Below, one piece after another: positions 50,148 to 58,671 of a DNA stretch of 64,000 nt. The stretch covers positions 61,220-125,219 of the forward strand of contig DASZME010000083.1 in assembly GCA_035551995.1 (NCBI GenBank). The letters are read 5' to 3'. Each line of letters opens with the position of its first letter. Position 1 is the first letter of the stretch. The notes under the pieces are model-generated. The model saw nothing but the letters and a program-made list of their open reading frames with translations, did no database searches and was not told the origin of the DNA. Made by a program: the position numbers and the translations under genes. This DNA is from Tepidisphaeraceae bacterium. GTDB taxonomy: Bacteria; Planctomycetota; Phycisphaerae; Tepidisphaerales; Tepidisphaeraceae.

Positions 50148-51713
50148 ATGAACTCCTTCGTCCATCGTGCAGGACATGATACGGCGATTGGCCGTCTGAT
50201 CGTCGCAACGCTTGTTCTGTCGGCGATGACCGCCGCGCTGCATGCACGCGATCATTGCGCGCCGGGCGCCTGCGCGGCGGCCGATGCCGCTGAACCTCCC
50301 GCGGGGCCGTCGGGGAATCTTCATCCGATCCCCTCGGCGGATGCTCTAGCCGGGGCGCTTCAGGGGCTGAAGGAAATTTTCAAACCCTATCCTCCCGCCA
50401 AGGCGGAAGACAAAATCAAGGTCGCCGAAAAACTGATTTCCGACAACGAAAAGAGTCCCGGCGATCTCAATTCACAATATGTGCTCTTGCACGAGGCCGC
50501 GGAATTGTTCGCCGCCGCCGGTGACCTTCCGGCGGCGCTCAAAGCCGTGGACGATCTGGCCGGCGTTTTCGCGATCGACGTCGCCCAGGAGAAACTGTCC
50601 ATCCTCAAGCGGGCGAAAGTCGGCCGTCTTTCCCCATCCGCGGCGTCTGCATATGCCGACGCGACGCTGACGCTGGGATGGGGCGCGATGCGCCGGGGTG
50701 ATTTTGAAAGCGCCAACCGGGCGGTTTCTTTGGCGGCGGGCGCGGTGCACGAGGCGCAAGATCCAAAATTGACGTCGGCCGCCCAGGCGCTGACAGCCGA
50801 AGCCCACAGGGCGCTTGGCGAAGCGGGACAAGCAAGAGCCGCCGAAGAAAAGCTCAAAACTCAGCCAAACGATCCGTCGGCCAATCTCGGCGCCGGCCGG
50901 TTCCTCTGTTTTTATCGCGGCGATTGGACGCGGGGTTTGCCGATGTTGGCCAAAGGCTCGGACCCGACGCTCAAGGCGCTAGCGGAAAGCGACTTGGCGC
51001 CTCCGACCGACGCCGACGCGCAACTTGCGCTGGGCCAAAAATGGGGCGAATTGGCCGGCCGGGACACGACCTTTGCCCGCGCTCAACTTCGCCAACGTGC
51101 GACGTACTGGTATGCGTTGGCCGAAGCGGGACTCGGCGGACTCAAAAAGGTCCTGGCCCAGCGCCGCATCGCCGATCTCAATAGATCCGACGCATCCGAT
51201 CCCGCCTCTTTCACCTCGCGGGAACTGACACTTGCGAAGTTGCTTAATGATCCTTCGCACTGGATCGTCAAAAACGGGAAATGGGACAACGCCACCGGCC
51301 GCTTCCACGGCGAAGGCGACGCCGAGATCGACCTGGATACGCCGTTGCCGCCGGACATTGTTTTTAGTTTTCATATCAACGTCATCAGTGGCTCGCGTCC
51401 GCGAATGCATTTCGAGGGGACGGGAATGACTTTCGCCAACGAAGGGCGTGGGAGAAATCTGTATCCGCACGGCACGAAAGCGCCCGAGCCGCATTTTATG
51501 TATGAGAACAATCAGCCCCATGCGCTGAAATTCAAATTGGCCGCGAATCATTTTGAGATCGCCATCGACGGCAACACCGCGTTTACGGGAACGTATAAGG
51601 CCGCCAAGTCCATCCACCTGAGGCTGCGCGCCGGCGATAGCTGGAGCCGAGGAACGACTGAATTTTGGGGATTCGAGGTGGAGTCGCTGCCGAACGGAAT
51701 GGGCGGGAAGTAG
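50148..51713 (+). CDS. Hypothetical secreted protein with an N-terminal helical/TPR-like region and a C-terminal beta-sandwich-like domain
   Basis: The ATG at 50148 gives a signal peptide (MNSFVHRAGHDTAIGRLIVATLVLSAMTAALHA). The C-terminal segment WIVKNGKWDNATGRFHGEGDAEIDL...HFEIAIDGNTAFTG resembles LamG/3-keto-disaccharide-hydrolase-type beta-sandwich domains. Confidence 0.5.
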   Translation: MNSFVHRAGHDTAIGRLIVATLVLSAMTAALHARDHCAPGACAAADAAEPPAGPSGNLHPIPSADALAGALQGLKEIFKPYPPAKAEDKIKVAEKLISDNEKSPGDLNSQYVLLHEAAELFAAAGDLPAALKAVDDLAGVFAIDVAQEKLSILKRAKVGRLSPSAASAYADATLTLGWGAMRRGDFESANRAVSLAAGAVHEAQDPKLTSAAQALTAEAHRALGEAGQARAAEEKLKTQPNDPSANLGAGRFLCFYRGDWTRGLPMLAKGSDPTLKALAESDLAPPTDADAQLALGQKWGELAGRDTTFARAQLRQRATYWYALAEAGLGGLKKVLAQRRIADLNRSDASDPASFTSRELTLAKLLNDPSHWIVKNGKWDNATGRFHGEGDAEIDLDTPLPPDIVFSFHINVISGSRPRMHFEGTGMTFANEGRGRNLYPHGTKAPEPHFMYENNQPHALKFKLAANHFEIAIDGNTAFTGTYKAAKSIHLRLRAGDSWSRGTTEFWGFEVESLPNGMGGK

Positions 51714-51756
51714 CCTGGGCGATTCTCTTGCATGCGCTGGTCTGGATATGAATGAA

Positions 51757-51935
51757 CTTGCGCGATTACGCGCTCTACTCCCTCGCCCGGTAATCCGGGA
51801 GAGAGGGTTGGGGTGAGGGTTTTTTGAAATGATGCGAGCCGTATAAAATGCGCGAGCTATCAAAGAAACCCTCACCCTGTTCTCTCCCGGAGTGCCGGGT
51901 GAGGGTTTAAGAGAAACGCGCGTGATCGCGCAAGG
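51757..51935. mobile_element. Family-A MITE-like element, copy A2 (inverted relative to A1 and A3)
   Basis: The left end is cttgcgcgattacgcgc. The first hairpin is ctccctcgcccgg-taat-ccgggagagagg. A gtgagggtttttt...aaaccctcaccc internal palindrome follows. The second hairpin is tctcccgg-agtg-ccgggtgaggg. The right end is gcgcgtgatcgcgcaagg. Its reverse complement aligns with the A3 right half. Confidence 0.55.
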
Positions 51936-51984
51936 TTATTTTAGATTAAATGTCGATCGTCTGTCTATTAAAGGAGAAGTAAGC

Positions 51985-52971
51985 GTGCGAATTCCGGCTC
52001 TACTTGCAGTCGTGGCTCTCTGTTCGATCCATTCCGTTTTGGCCGCGGGCGCGGCGGATCAATCACAGGCGATCAAAATCGTCCAGGCCGATACGCATCT
52101 CGACGTCACCATCGGCGGCAAGCCGTTCACGTCCTACTGGTTCGGCAAACGAGATGACCGGCTCTATGTCCGTCCATTTTTCTTCCCCGTCCTCGCGCCC
52201 GGCGACGTGGCGGTGACCAGCGATCAATATTCGCTGAAGGAACGCGAACCCAAGACCGACCACCCGCATCATCAATCGCTGTGGGTGGCGCAGGGGGACG
52301 TGAATGGCGTCGATCACTGGTCGCTCGGGAAAGACGGCAAAGGAACCCTGTCGGCCAAGCAACGGCATGTTAAATTCGCCTCGGTCGGCGAGGATCGTTT
52401 CGCCGAAAATCTCTTGTGGGACGACAACGCCGGGAAACCGATGCTCGATGAAGTGCGAACGGTGAAGTTCGTCGGGTATCCCGATGGAAGCCGCGGCATC
52501 GATATTACGTCGGCCTTCACGCCGGCGGAGGGGTCGGTGACGTTTGGAGATACAAAGGAGGCTGGTTTGATGGCGGTTCGATTGGCGACCGCGATCGCCA
52601 AACATCCGACGATTACACAGTCCAGCGGAAAAGGCGGGGAAGGCGCCGCCGGCGAAAAGCAGACCTGGGGCCAGCCGGCCGACTGGTGTGATGAATCGGG
52701 CGAGATCGACGGCAAGCCGTTTGGCGTGGCGATTTTCGATTTCCCGGCCAACCCGCGTCATCCGGCCCGCTGGCATGTGCGAGCCTATGGATTGATGTCA
52801 TCCAACATTTTTGGCTTGAGCGATTTCGATAAGAAAAATCCGAAGCATTCGGGGGATCTGGTGATCGAGAAAGGGACGACGGTTACGTTTCGCCATCGAG
52901 CGGTGATCCATGCGGGGATGGCCGTGGATGCGAAACTGGGAGAGAAGTATAAGGAATTTGCCGGTGAGTAG
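51985..52971 (+). CDS. PmoA-family (DUF6807) exported protein
   Basis: The GTG at 51985 gives a signal peptide (VRIPALLAVVALCSIHSVLAAGA). The segment YVRPFFFPVLAPGDVAVTSDQYSLKEREPKTDHPHHQSLW is typical of the misnamed methane-oxygenase PmoA family common in Planctomycetota. The earlier part of the track ORF lies inside MITE A2. Confidence 0.5.
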   Translation: MRIPALLAVVALCSIHSVLAAGAADQSQAIKIVQADTHLDVTIGGKPFTSYWFGKRDDRLYVRPFFFPVLAPGDVAVTSDQYSLKEREPKTDHPHHQSLWVAQGDVNGVDHWSLGKDGKGTLSAKQRHVKFASVGEDRFAENLLWDDNAGKPMLDEVRTVKFVGYPDGSRGIDITSAFTPAEGSVTFGDTKEAGLMAVRLATAIAKHPTITQSSGKGGEGAAGEKQTWGQPADWCDESGEIDGKPFGVAIFDFPANPRHPARWHVRAYGLMSSNIFGLSDFDKKNPKHSGDLVIEKGTTVTFRHRAVIHAGMAVDAKLGEKYKEFAGE

Positions 52972-53139
52972 ATGAGGACGTAAGACTATGCGACGCCGCG
53001 GGATTCTGTGCATGGCTATCAGGCAGATGTCGCGGTCGATTGGATAGTCGCGGGGCGGAAGCGCGGTTGCGTTTGATTTCAGTTGAGTCTACCAATAACA
53101 CTACTGTTCTCATCAGAAGGATTTCTGTTGTTGATGGAG

Positions 53140-53200
53140 CGAGGCTTCAGCGCGAGAAGCGCCTCACAAGCGGGGCCGCTATTATAGACGCAGGAACGCC
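53140..53200. repeat. Degenerate family-B repeat, copy B5 (inverted), adjacent to MITE A3
   Basis: The reverse complement contains tagcggccccgcttgtgaggcgcttctcgcg, which is the B core with several substitutions. Confidence 0.3.
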
Positions 53201-53228
53201 ACGGCTATCTGGAATAGGCTCTAAAATG

Positions 53229-53456
53229 ACCTTGCGCGATCACGCGCGTTTTTTTTCATACCCTCGCCCGGTACTCCGGGAGAGGGAAGGGTGAGGGTTT
53301 CTTCGACGTGCCGGATTTTCGCTGACTTGCGCCTTTTCAAAAAGCCTTCTCCCCAACCCTCTCCCGGAATACCGGGCGAGGGAGTAGAGCGCGTAGTCAC
53401 GCAAGGCTCTCCCGGATTACCGGGCGAGGGAGAAGAGCGCGTAGTCGCGCAAGGCT
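53229..53456. mobile_element. Family-A MITE-like element, copy A3, with a tandem duplication of its approximately 48-bp right-end module
   Basis: The left end is accttgcgcgatcacgcgcg+T8, which is terminator-like: the stem gcgcg-atca-cgcgc is followed by a U-tract. The first hairpin is ccctcgcccgg-tac-tccgggagaggg, followed by gtgagggtttctt. The right module ctcccgga(at)taccgggcgagggag(t/a)agagcgcgtagtc(a/g)cgcaaggct occurs twice in tandem. The element ends 3 nt before the trkH stop. Confidence 0.55.
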
Positions 53457-53458
53457 AT

Positions 53459-54793
53459 TTAACCTACCAATATGTCCGCGTCGCGCGTTTTGGCCAGCCA
53501 CCAGAGGATGGCGATGGGCGTTAATCGTCCCAGCAGCGCAATTACGCCAAGTAGATATAGACCGGGACCGACCATTGAAATTGGATCGTGCGTGTCCTGG
53601 GTGAGTCCGACGTTGCTTAGCGCGCTAAACGTCAGAAAGATCAGCCGATCGGTGGGGATTTGCGGTTGGAGAACGCTCAGGAGCGGGAAACATATGCCGG
53701 CGATCAGAAAGTAAAGCCCGACCCACGCCCCGGCGACGCCGAACGCCCGGTTGACGGGCCTTTTCGCCAGGACGTCGGAGAAGCCGGTGAAGAGCTTCCA
53801 GAGGGTGGTGGTTTTCAATCCTCCGCCGGCGCCGGCGGGGCTGGCGCCGATGATCATCAGCAGCAGGATGAACCAATAAGCCGACTTGGGAAAGCGATGC
53901 AAATACTCGAAGGGCATGCCAAGCGTCCGGGCGTTGAGGGCGGCGGTCGAAGCGGCGACAAACGTCGATCCAACGCCGACGCCGGGATCGATCGTGTTCG
54001 GCGCGGGCTCGCTTTGCGACGCCGTCGCTCCCACAATGGCGGCTTCGTGGTGTAATAGCTGCGATAGAAAGAGCACGGCGGTTGACGCCAGATAGATGGC
54101 GGCCGTCAGCTTGATGACCGTGCGGGTGTGGAGCGAAAGTTTTTTCGTTACACGGATCGCGCGAAAATACAAATCCATCAGCACCGGCAGTCCAAGTCCG
54201 CCCATCACCGATAACGGCAACATTACCCCTTGCACGGACCACGATCGATAACTCGGAAAATAGTGGTGGCCTTTGGCGCTTAGCAGGACGGCGCCGCTGT
54301 TGCCAAAGGCGCAGGCGGATTGGTGGACGAGATCGAAAGCATAGTTGCCGCCCATCGCCGCCGCCCCTACGGCGATCGCCAAAACCTCGGCGACCAGGGC
54401 GGCGGCAATGACCTGCCGATCGTTGAACGGCATTCGCAGCGCCCGCACGCCGGCCAATCCCCCGGCCATCATCGCGAACAAGCTCCCGGCGATCGTCAGG
54501 ATCAGCACGATGGCCGGGCCTTGCGCGCTATCCAGGTTAAAGTCATTAAATCCGATCGATTGTTGAAAGCCGGTGAGCGTGGCGCAGTTGATGCAGAGGA
54601 ATAGTCCGCGATCATAAGTGATTTCCCCGCCGTTGATCATCACGCCCGGCATGCGCAGCCATAGCGAGCACCCGAAGATCAGCAGAAAAAGCGCCGCGGC
54701 CAGCCACACGGTAACGACGGCGCCGGGCTGATCCTGGCGGATCGCTAACGGCGGTACACTTGCGGCGGATTCGGTGACGGCTCCGGCGGGCAC
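53459..54793 (-). CDS. trkH: Trk/Ktr/HKT-family potassium transporter membrane subunit (TrkH-like)
   Basis: The protein has about 10 transmembrane segments and re-entrant P-loop-like segments (CINCATLTGFQQSIG, GNSGAVLL). The size and architecture match the family. Confidence 0.75.
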   Translation of the reverse strand: MPAGAVTESAASVPPLAIRQDQPGAVVTVWLAAALFLLIFGCSLWLRMPGVMINGGEITYDRGLFLCINCATLTGFQQSIGFNDFNLDSAQGPAIVLILTIAGSLFAMMAGGLAGVRALRMPFNDRQVIAAALVAEVLAIAVGAAAMGGNYAFDLVHQSACAFGNSGAVLLSAKGHHYFPSYRSWSVQGVMLPLSVMGGLGLPVLMDLYFRAIRVTKKLSLHTRTVIKLTAAIYLASTAVLFLSQLLHHEAAIVGATASQSEPAPNTIDPGVGVGSTFVAASTAALNARTLGMPFEYLHRFPKSAYWFILLLMIIGASPAGAGGGLKTTTLWKLFTGFSDVLAKRPVNRAFGVAGAWVGLYFLIAGICFPLLSVLQPQIPTDRLIFLTFSALSNVGLTQDTHDPISMVGPGLYLLGVIALLGRLTPIAILWWLAKTRDADILVG

Positions 54794-54799
54794 GTAACC

Positions 54800-55186
54800 T
54801 CACTTTTTATAAACGTCTTGCGGGTCAAACACCTTTTCGCCGACAATTTTCCAATCCGTCCCAAGCTGGTGTTCGCGATAGAAGCAGCTGTAATATCCGT
54901 CGTGGCAAGCCGCTCCTTCCTGTTCGACGTCGATCAAAATCACGTCCTTGTCGCAATCCGTGCGAATTGATTTCACGGTCTGAATATGCCCGCTGCTTTC
55001 CCCCTTGAGCCACAATTTATTACGGCTGCGGCTGAAAAAGTGGGTCTTTCCGGTGGCGACCGTCTTATCCAGCGCATCGCGATTCATCCACGCCATCATC
55101 AGCACCTGCCCGGTAAGGCCGTCTTGAATGATGGCGGGGATCAAGCCGTTTGAATCGAATTTTAAACTATCCAGTTGGGGGTCCAT
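54800..55186 (-). CDS. hisI: Phosphoribosyl-AMP cyclohydrolase HisI (stand-alone)
   Basis: The sequence LIPAIIQDGLTGQVLMMAWMNRDALDKTVATGKTHFFSRSRNKLWLKGESSGHIQTVKSIRTDCDKDVILIDVEQEGAACHDGYYSCFY is a canonical HisI core including the metal-binding Cys and His residues. The start is at the internal ATG (MDPQLDS). Confidence 0.8.
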   Translation of the reverse strand: MDPQLDSLKFDSNGLIPAIIQDGLTGQVLMMAWMNRDALDKTVATGKTHFFSRSRNKLWLKGESSGHIQTVKSIRTDCDKDVILIDVEQEGAACHDGYYSCFYREHQLGTDWKIVGEKVFDPQDVYKK

Positions 55187-55437
55187 GCGAGCATTTTTCG
55201 GGCGGGCGGGGCGGTTGTCAATGCTTGACCAATCGGCAAGCCGGAAATCGCCCCCCGCGATTCTCATCTTGGTCGCCGAAATGATTTGCTGCTCCTGACA
55301 CTCTCGTCGCTTCCTTATGCCGAGCAGGTCATTGCGACGAAACATCAGGCGGTAGCGACGCGAGAATCGCTGCGATTTGCGGCCTCAGTGCAGGGAGATC
55401 ATTTCGTGCCGTGTCCAACACAATATTCCAATCTACC

Positions 55438-55677
55438 TTAATCATGGACCATGATGTGGCGCATGCCCTCGATCCGCTTCCATGGAATGTGGCTGTTCTG
55501 ATCTTTTACGGCTCTGGAGACGGTGCAAGCCGCTTCGCCAACGATCATAACATGCCGAAAGATGTGCGACTGAAGCGGCGGGTCGCGATTGAATGCTTCG
55601 CGGTCGGCGGGCAGGTAATGCGCAACTTCGTCGATCGCGTCGAGGATGTCTTGGAGCCGAAGACGAATCGACCTCAT
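55438..55677 (-). CDS. hepT: HepT/DUF86 HEPN-domain RNase toxin
   Basis: The 79-aa protein carries the Rx4HxY motif (MRHIMVHDY). It lies immediately downstream of an MNT gene, overlapping it by 4 bp. Confidence 0.8.
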   Translation of the reverse strand: MRSIRLRLQDILDAIDEVAHYLPADREAFNRDPPLQSHIFRHVMIVGEAACTVSRAVKDQNSHIPWKRIEGMRHIMVHD

Positions 55678-55904
55678 AGTGGAATCGCCTCCTTGCGGAC
55701 GATCTGGCCAAATCGCCCGTTCAACGCGCCTTCAGAGATCACGTCCACTTCTATCCCCAGCAAGTCGCGCAGATCCATCAGCAATCCGCCCTGATCGAAT
55801 AGGGAACGGCCCGGTTCAAAGCGCACCACCAGATCAAGGTCCAACTCTTCCGTCGCGTCGCCCCTTGCCACCGATCCAAAGATACGCACATCGTGCCCTA
55901 GCAC
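55674..55904 (-). CDS. mntA: MntA minimal nucleotidyltransferase antitoxin (pol-beta superfamily)
   Basis: The GSxxRG...DxD motif is present (IFGSVARGDATEELDLDLVV). The protein is 76 aa and paired with hepT. Confidence 0.8.
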   Translation of the reverse strand: MLGHDVRIFGSVARGDATEELDLDLVVRFEPGRSLFDQGGLLMDLRDLLGIEVDVISEGALNGRFGQIVRKEAIPL

Positions 55905-56039
55905 GCGGCCAGACGGGTGATTTCGTCGCGACGTCTTCGGATGTCTTCTTTGGTAATCATGGCTGCAGACATTCTAGCGCCACCACTCCCGTTAATCACT
56001 CACGCGGGCTGACGGTAGCGGCTATAAGCTACCGCGACA

Positions 56040-58307
56040 CTACTTCTTCGTCACCACCGTCACCGTATCCCCTTTTTTTCCGTCCGTCTTCGCGGCCGAC
56101 GGGATCGGGAGCGGGAGGTCGCCGGCGGATTGCATGGCTTCCATCGCCTGGCGACTGAGCTTATCGGCCAGCTCCTTCATCACGGAATTTTCGGCGTTGC
56201 CGTCGAAGTGGAAGCCGGATTTCTCCGCGACCATCAGGCTGATCAACGTCCCCAGCACGCCGGGGGCGACGCCGGTGGAAGTGGATTCCGAGCCGACGCC
56301 ATTGCCGCCGGCCATGAACATCTGGCTGGGAACAAGCGGCTGGCTGCTCTTGCTGAGATGCTCGGCTACCAGAGCCAGCGCGTAAAGACGCGGATCGCCG
56401 TAGCTGTTTACTTTCTGCATCAACACCGACGCTTCGGAGATACCAATCTGTAAGAGACGCTGGCCTTCGCCTTTGCCGGCCAGCACGCGCTGCTGGCTCT
56501 CGGCGGTGGCGGTCACCACCATCTGCTCGGCGGCGCGACGGCTTCGCTCCAAATCCGCGTCGGCCATCACCACCTGCTGCTGCGCCTGTTTGCGGGCGCG
56601 AGCCAGATCGGCGTCGCCCTGGTTTTCCGCGATCCGAATCGCGACTTGCGACGCGGTCAGTTCCGTTTGCTTGTTGGCCAGAGCCTGCGCCTCGGACAAC
56701 GTACGCTGCTTGTCGGCGGCTTGGCGCTGGCGCTCGAAGGTTTCCAATTGCTCGATCGACAATTGCCGAATGCGAAGCTGCTCGAGCAACGTCTCGATCT
56801 TACCGGCCGCTTCGGCGGTATCGGGCTTGCCGATCAAGACGTCGACGCATTCGATATCGAACTCGCCAAAACGCCGTTGCAACTCGGCTCGGCTTTCTTT
56901 TTGAATCTCGTCGCGATGCTGCAACAGCTCGAGCATCGTTTTCTTGTGAGCCACGTCGCGGAAATAGGCGCTGAGCATTGGATCGAGCGTCTGGGTGATC
57001 AGCTTTTTGACGTCGCCGAACCGTTGGATAACGCTGGGCGCTTTCATGTAGTCGATGTGAACGACCACGGACAGCGGCAGCAAAGGTTCATAGGCGTCCT
57101 TGGTCACCAGATCGATGCTCTTGAGCGATTCATCGTAGTGATGAGACTCTGATTTTCCGGTCACCCAATGGAGCACGAAGTTGGTGGTCGGTACAAGAAT
57201 GATCTGGCCGGCATAGGTGTTGAAGGGATATTTGCCGGGGCCGAAGGGTTTGTCCCACACGCCGCGTTCGCCCCGGCTGACGCGTTCGCCGTGACGGAAG
57301 GTATCGCCGGAAAGGTCTTTGCCCGGAGGGCCGAAATAGCTGACGACGACGCCGACATAACCGATCGGCACCACCGTCTTGGGTTGCTCTTCGATACTGG
57401 CGAACCAGCGGTTGAGGAAGTAGGTTCCGTCGGTGAGGGGCACATACTGGCGGCCGCGTCGTCCGCCGGCGCGGAGGAAGGCTTCGGGGTCCTGAAAGTT
57501 GTTGTGGTAGTTGGCGTCGCCGGGGTCGTTTCCGACCGACGGCGCGATGATTTCGCCGGGGGAGATCGACGGCCCGTCCTGTACCGTGACGATGCCGATG
57601 CTGTCGACGATGAGGGTCTTGTTGGGCGTAAGCGGGTCCGGCGCCTCGATCGGGCGGCCGATGACGATCGGATCGAATCCTCTCACTTCCTGGATTTCCT
57701 TCTGCCAGCTCACGAGCTTCTGAACTTCATTGCGCACTTCGAGCAGGTGGTAGACGCTGTCTTCGGTGATGACGACAAAGAGGGCGGGATTGATGGCATA
57801 GACGCCTTCGCGCAGGATGGCGCGCTGGCGGCCGCGCTGGCCCTGTGCCATGAACTTGCGGGCGTCTTGAAAGTTATTGGAATCGACGACGCGGGCGAGC
57901 GTCTGGCTCGGTTGAAGCGATTCGCCGTCGCGGGCATAGATATAGGCGATCTTGCCCTGGGGGACGGTGACGAGCGGGGTTTTGTGGATTCGATATTTGA
58001 AGGGCCAGAGCCGGAAGTGCCATCCGCCGCGGAGCAGGTCGGCCTGGTAACCGGCCTCGCCGTTCATGGCGATGATACGCCCATCCTTGACCGATCCGCC
58101 GGCCGACCAGAGTTTTTCGATGACGCCGACGCTGTCGTTGGGAATATATCGGGCGCCGATGAGGGCGGACCCGAACAGGACGACGATCAGGACCAACAGG
58201 ACAAAAGCCCCGAGGATGACCCAGATGCCGACGTCGTCGAAAGCGAGAGAATGGTGCGAGACCGTGAATGACTGAGCCGAATCCGCCAGTAAAATTCCCC
58301 AATTCAT
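56040..58307 (-). CDS. Large SPFH/flotillin-family membrane protein (FloT/YqiK-like) with an extended C-terminal coiled coil
   Basis: An N-terminal transmembrane helix is present (IWVILGAFVLLVLIVVLFGSALIGA). The SPFH core follows. A long Ala/Gln/Arg/Glu coiled coil is present (ETFERQRQAADKQRTLSEAQALANKQTELTASQVAIRIAENQGDADLARARKQAQQQVV...). The start is at the internal ATG (MNWGILLAD). Confidence 0.8.
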   Translation of the reverse strand: MNWGILLADSAQSFTVSHHSLAFDDVGIWVILGAFVLLVLIVVLFGSALIGARYIPNDSVGVIEKLWSAGGSVKDGRIIAMNGEAGYQADLLRGGWHFRLWPFKYRIHKTPLVTVPQGKIAYIYARDGESLQPSQTLARVVDSNNFQDARKFMAQGQRGRQRAILREGVYAINPALFVVITEDSVYHLLEVRNEVQKLVSWQKEIQEVRGFDPIVIGRPIEAPDPLTPNKTLIVDSIGIVTVQDGPSISPGEIIAPSVGNDPGDANYHNNFQDPEAFLRAGGRRGRQYVPLTDGTYFLNRWFASIEEQPKTVVPIGYVGVVVSYFGPPGKDLSGDTFRHGERVSRGERGVWDKPFGPGKYPFNTYAGQIILVPTTNFVLHWVTGKSESHHYDESLKSIDLVTKDAYEPLLPLSVVVHIDYMKAPSVIQRFGDVKKLITQTLDPMLSAYFRDVAHKKTMLELLQHRDEIQKESRAELQRRFGEFDIECVDVLIGKPDTAEAAGKIETLLEQLRIRQLSIEQLETFERQRQAADKQRTLSEAQALANKQTELTASQVAIRIAENQGDADLARARKQAQQQVVMADADLERSRRAAEQMVVTATAESQQRVLAGKGEGQRLLQIGISEASVLMQKVNSYGDPRLYALALVAEHLSKSSQPLVPSQMFMAGGNGVGSESTSTGVAPGVLGTLISLMVAEKSGFHFDGNAENSVMKELADKLSRQAMEAMQSAGDLPLPIPSAAKTDGKKGDTVTVVTKK

Positions 58308-58671
58308 ATGGCACCTCGTTGAGTAGTGCCGGTTTTGGGGTCGCGTTTCCGTTGACAGGGGAAATCGGTCGACCTCAACCGACATCGACGGACAATATAA
58401 TACGTCGAATCCGCGATCGACGCGAGTATGTCGCGGTTTGCTGATCGGGATGTTAATGGTTATTTGAAAGCGACTTGCGACAGGTTATCAACGGGCCGTC
58501 GGATTATAGTCGTCGCGGACTTTCGCCTGAGTGGCTCGAATCGTCGGCAATATTTCGGCGTCGCTCCTTGTCATGCGTCCGGCGATTCGAGTCAAATGGC
58601 TCGTTCGACTCCCACCGATCGTACGTGATGGGATTGGCCACTTTGACAATATCGGCACGAAACAGAACCAA

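Noticed and set aside
50979-51875. 298-aa minus-strand ORF opposite the 50148..51713 gene and running into MITE A2
   Set aside because: It is a shadow ORF that partly translates the repeat element. The plus-strand secreted protein has a signal peptide and a coherent domain-like C-terminus.
53291-53524. 77-aa ORF PSPGIPGEGVERVVTQGSPGLPGEGEERVVAQG inside MITE A3, and similar peptide ORFs in the other MITE copies
   Set aside because: The repetitive peptide simply mirrors the duplicated hairpin modules of the element. It has no start context and is not conserved as protein between copies, since one copy is inverted.
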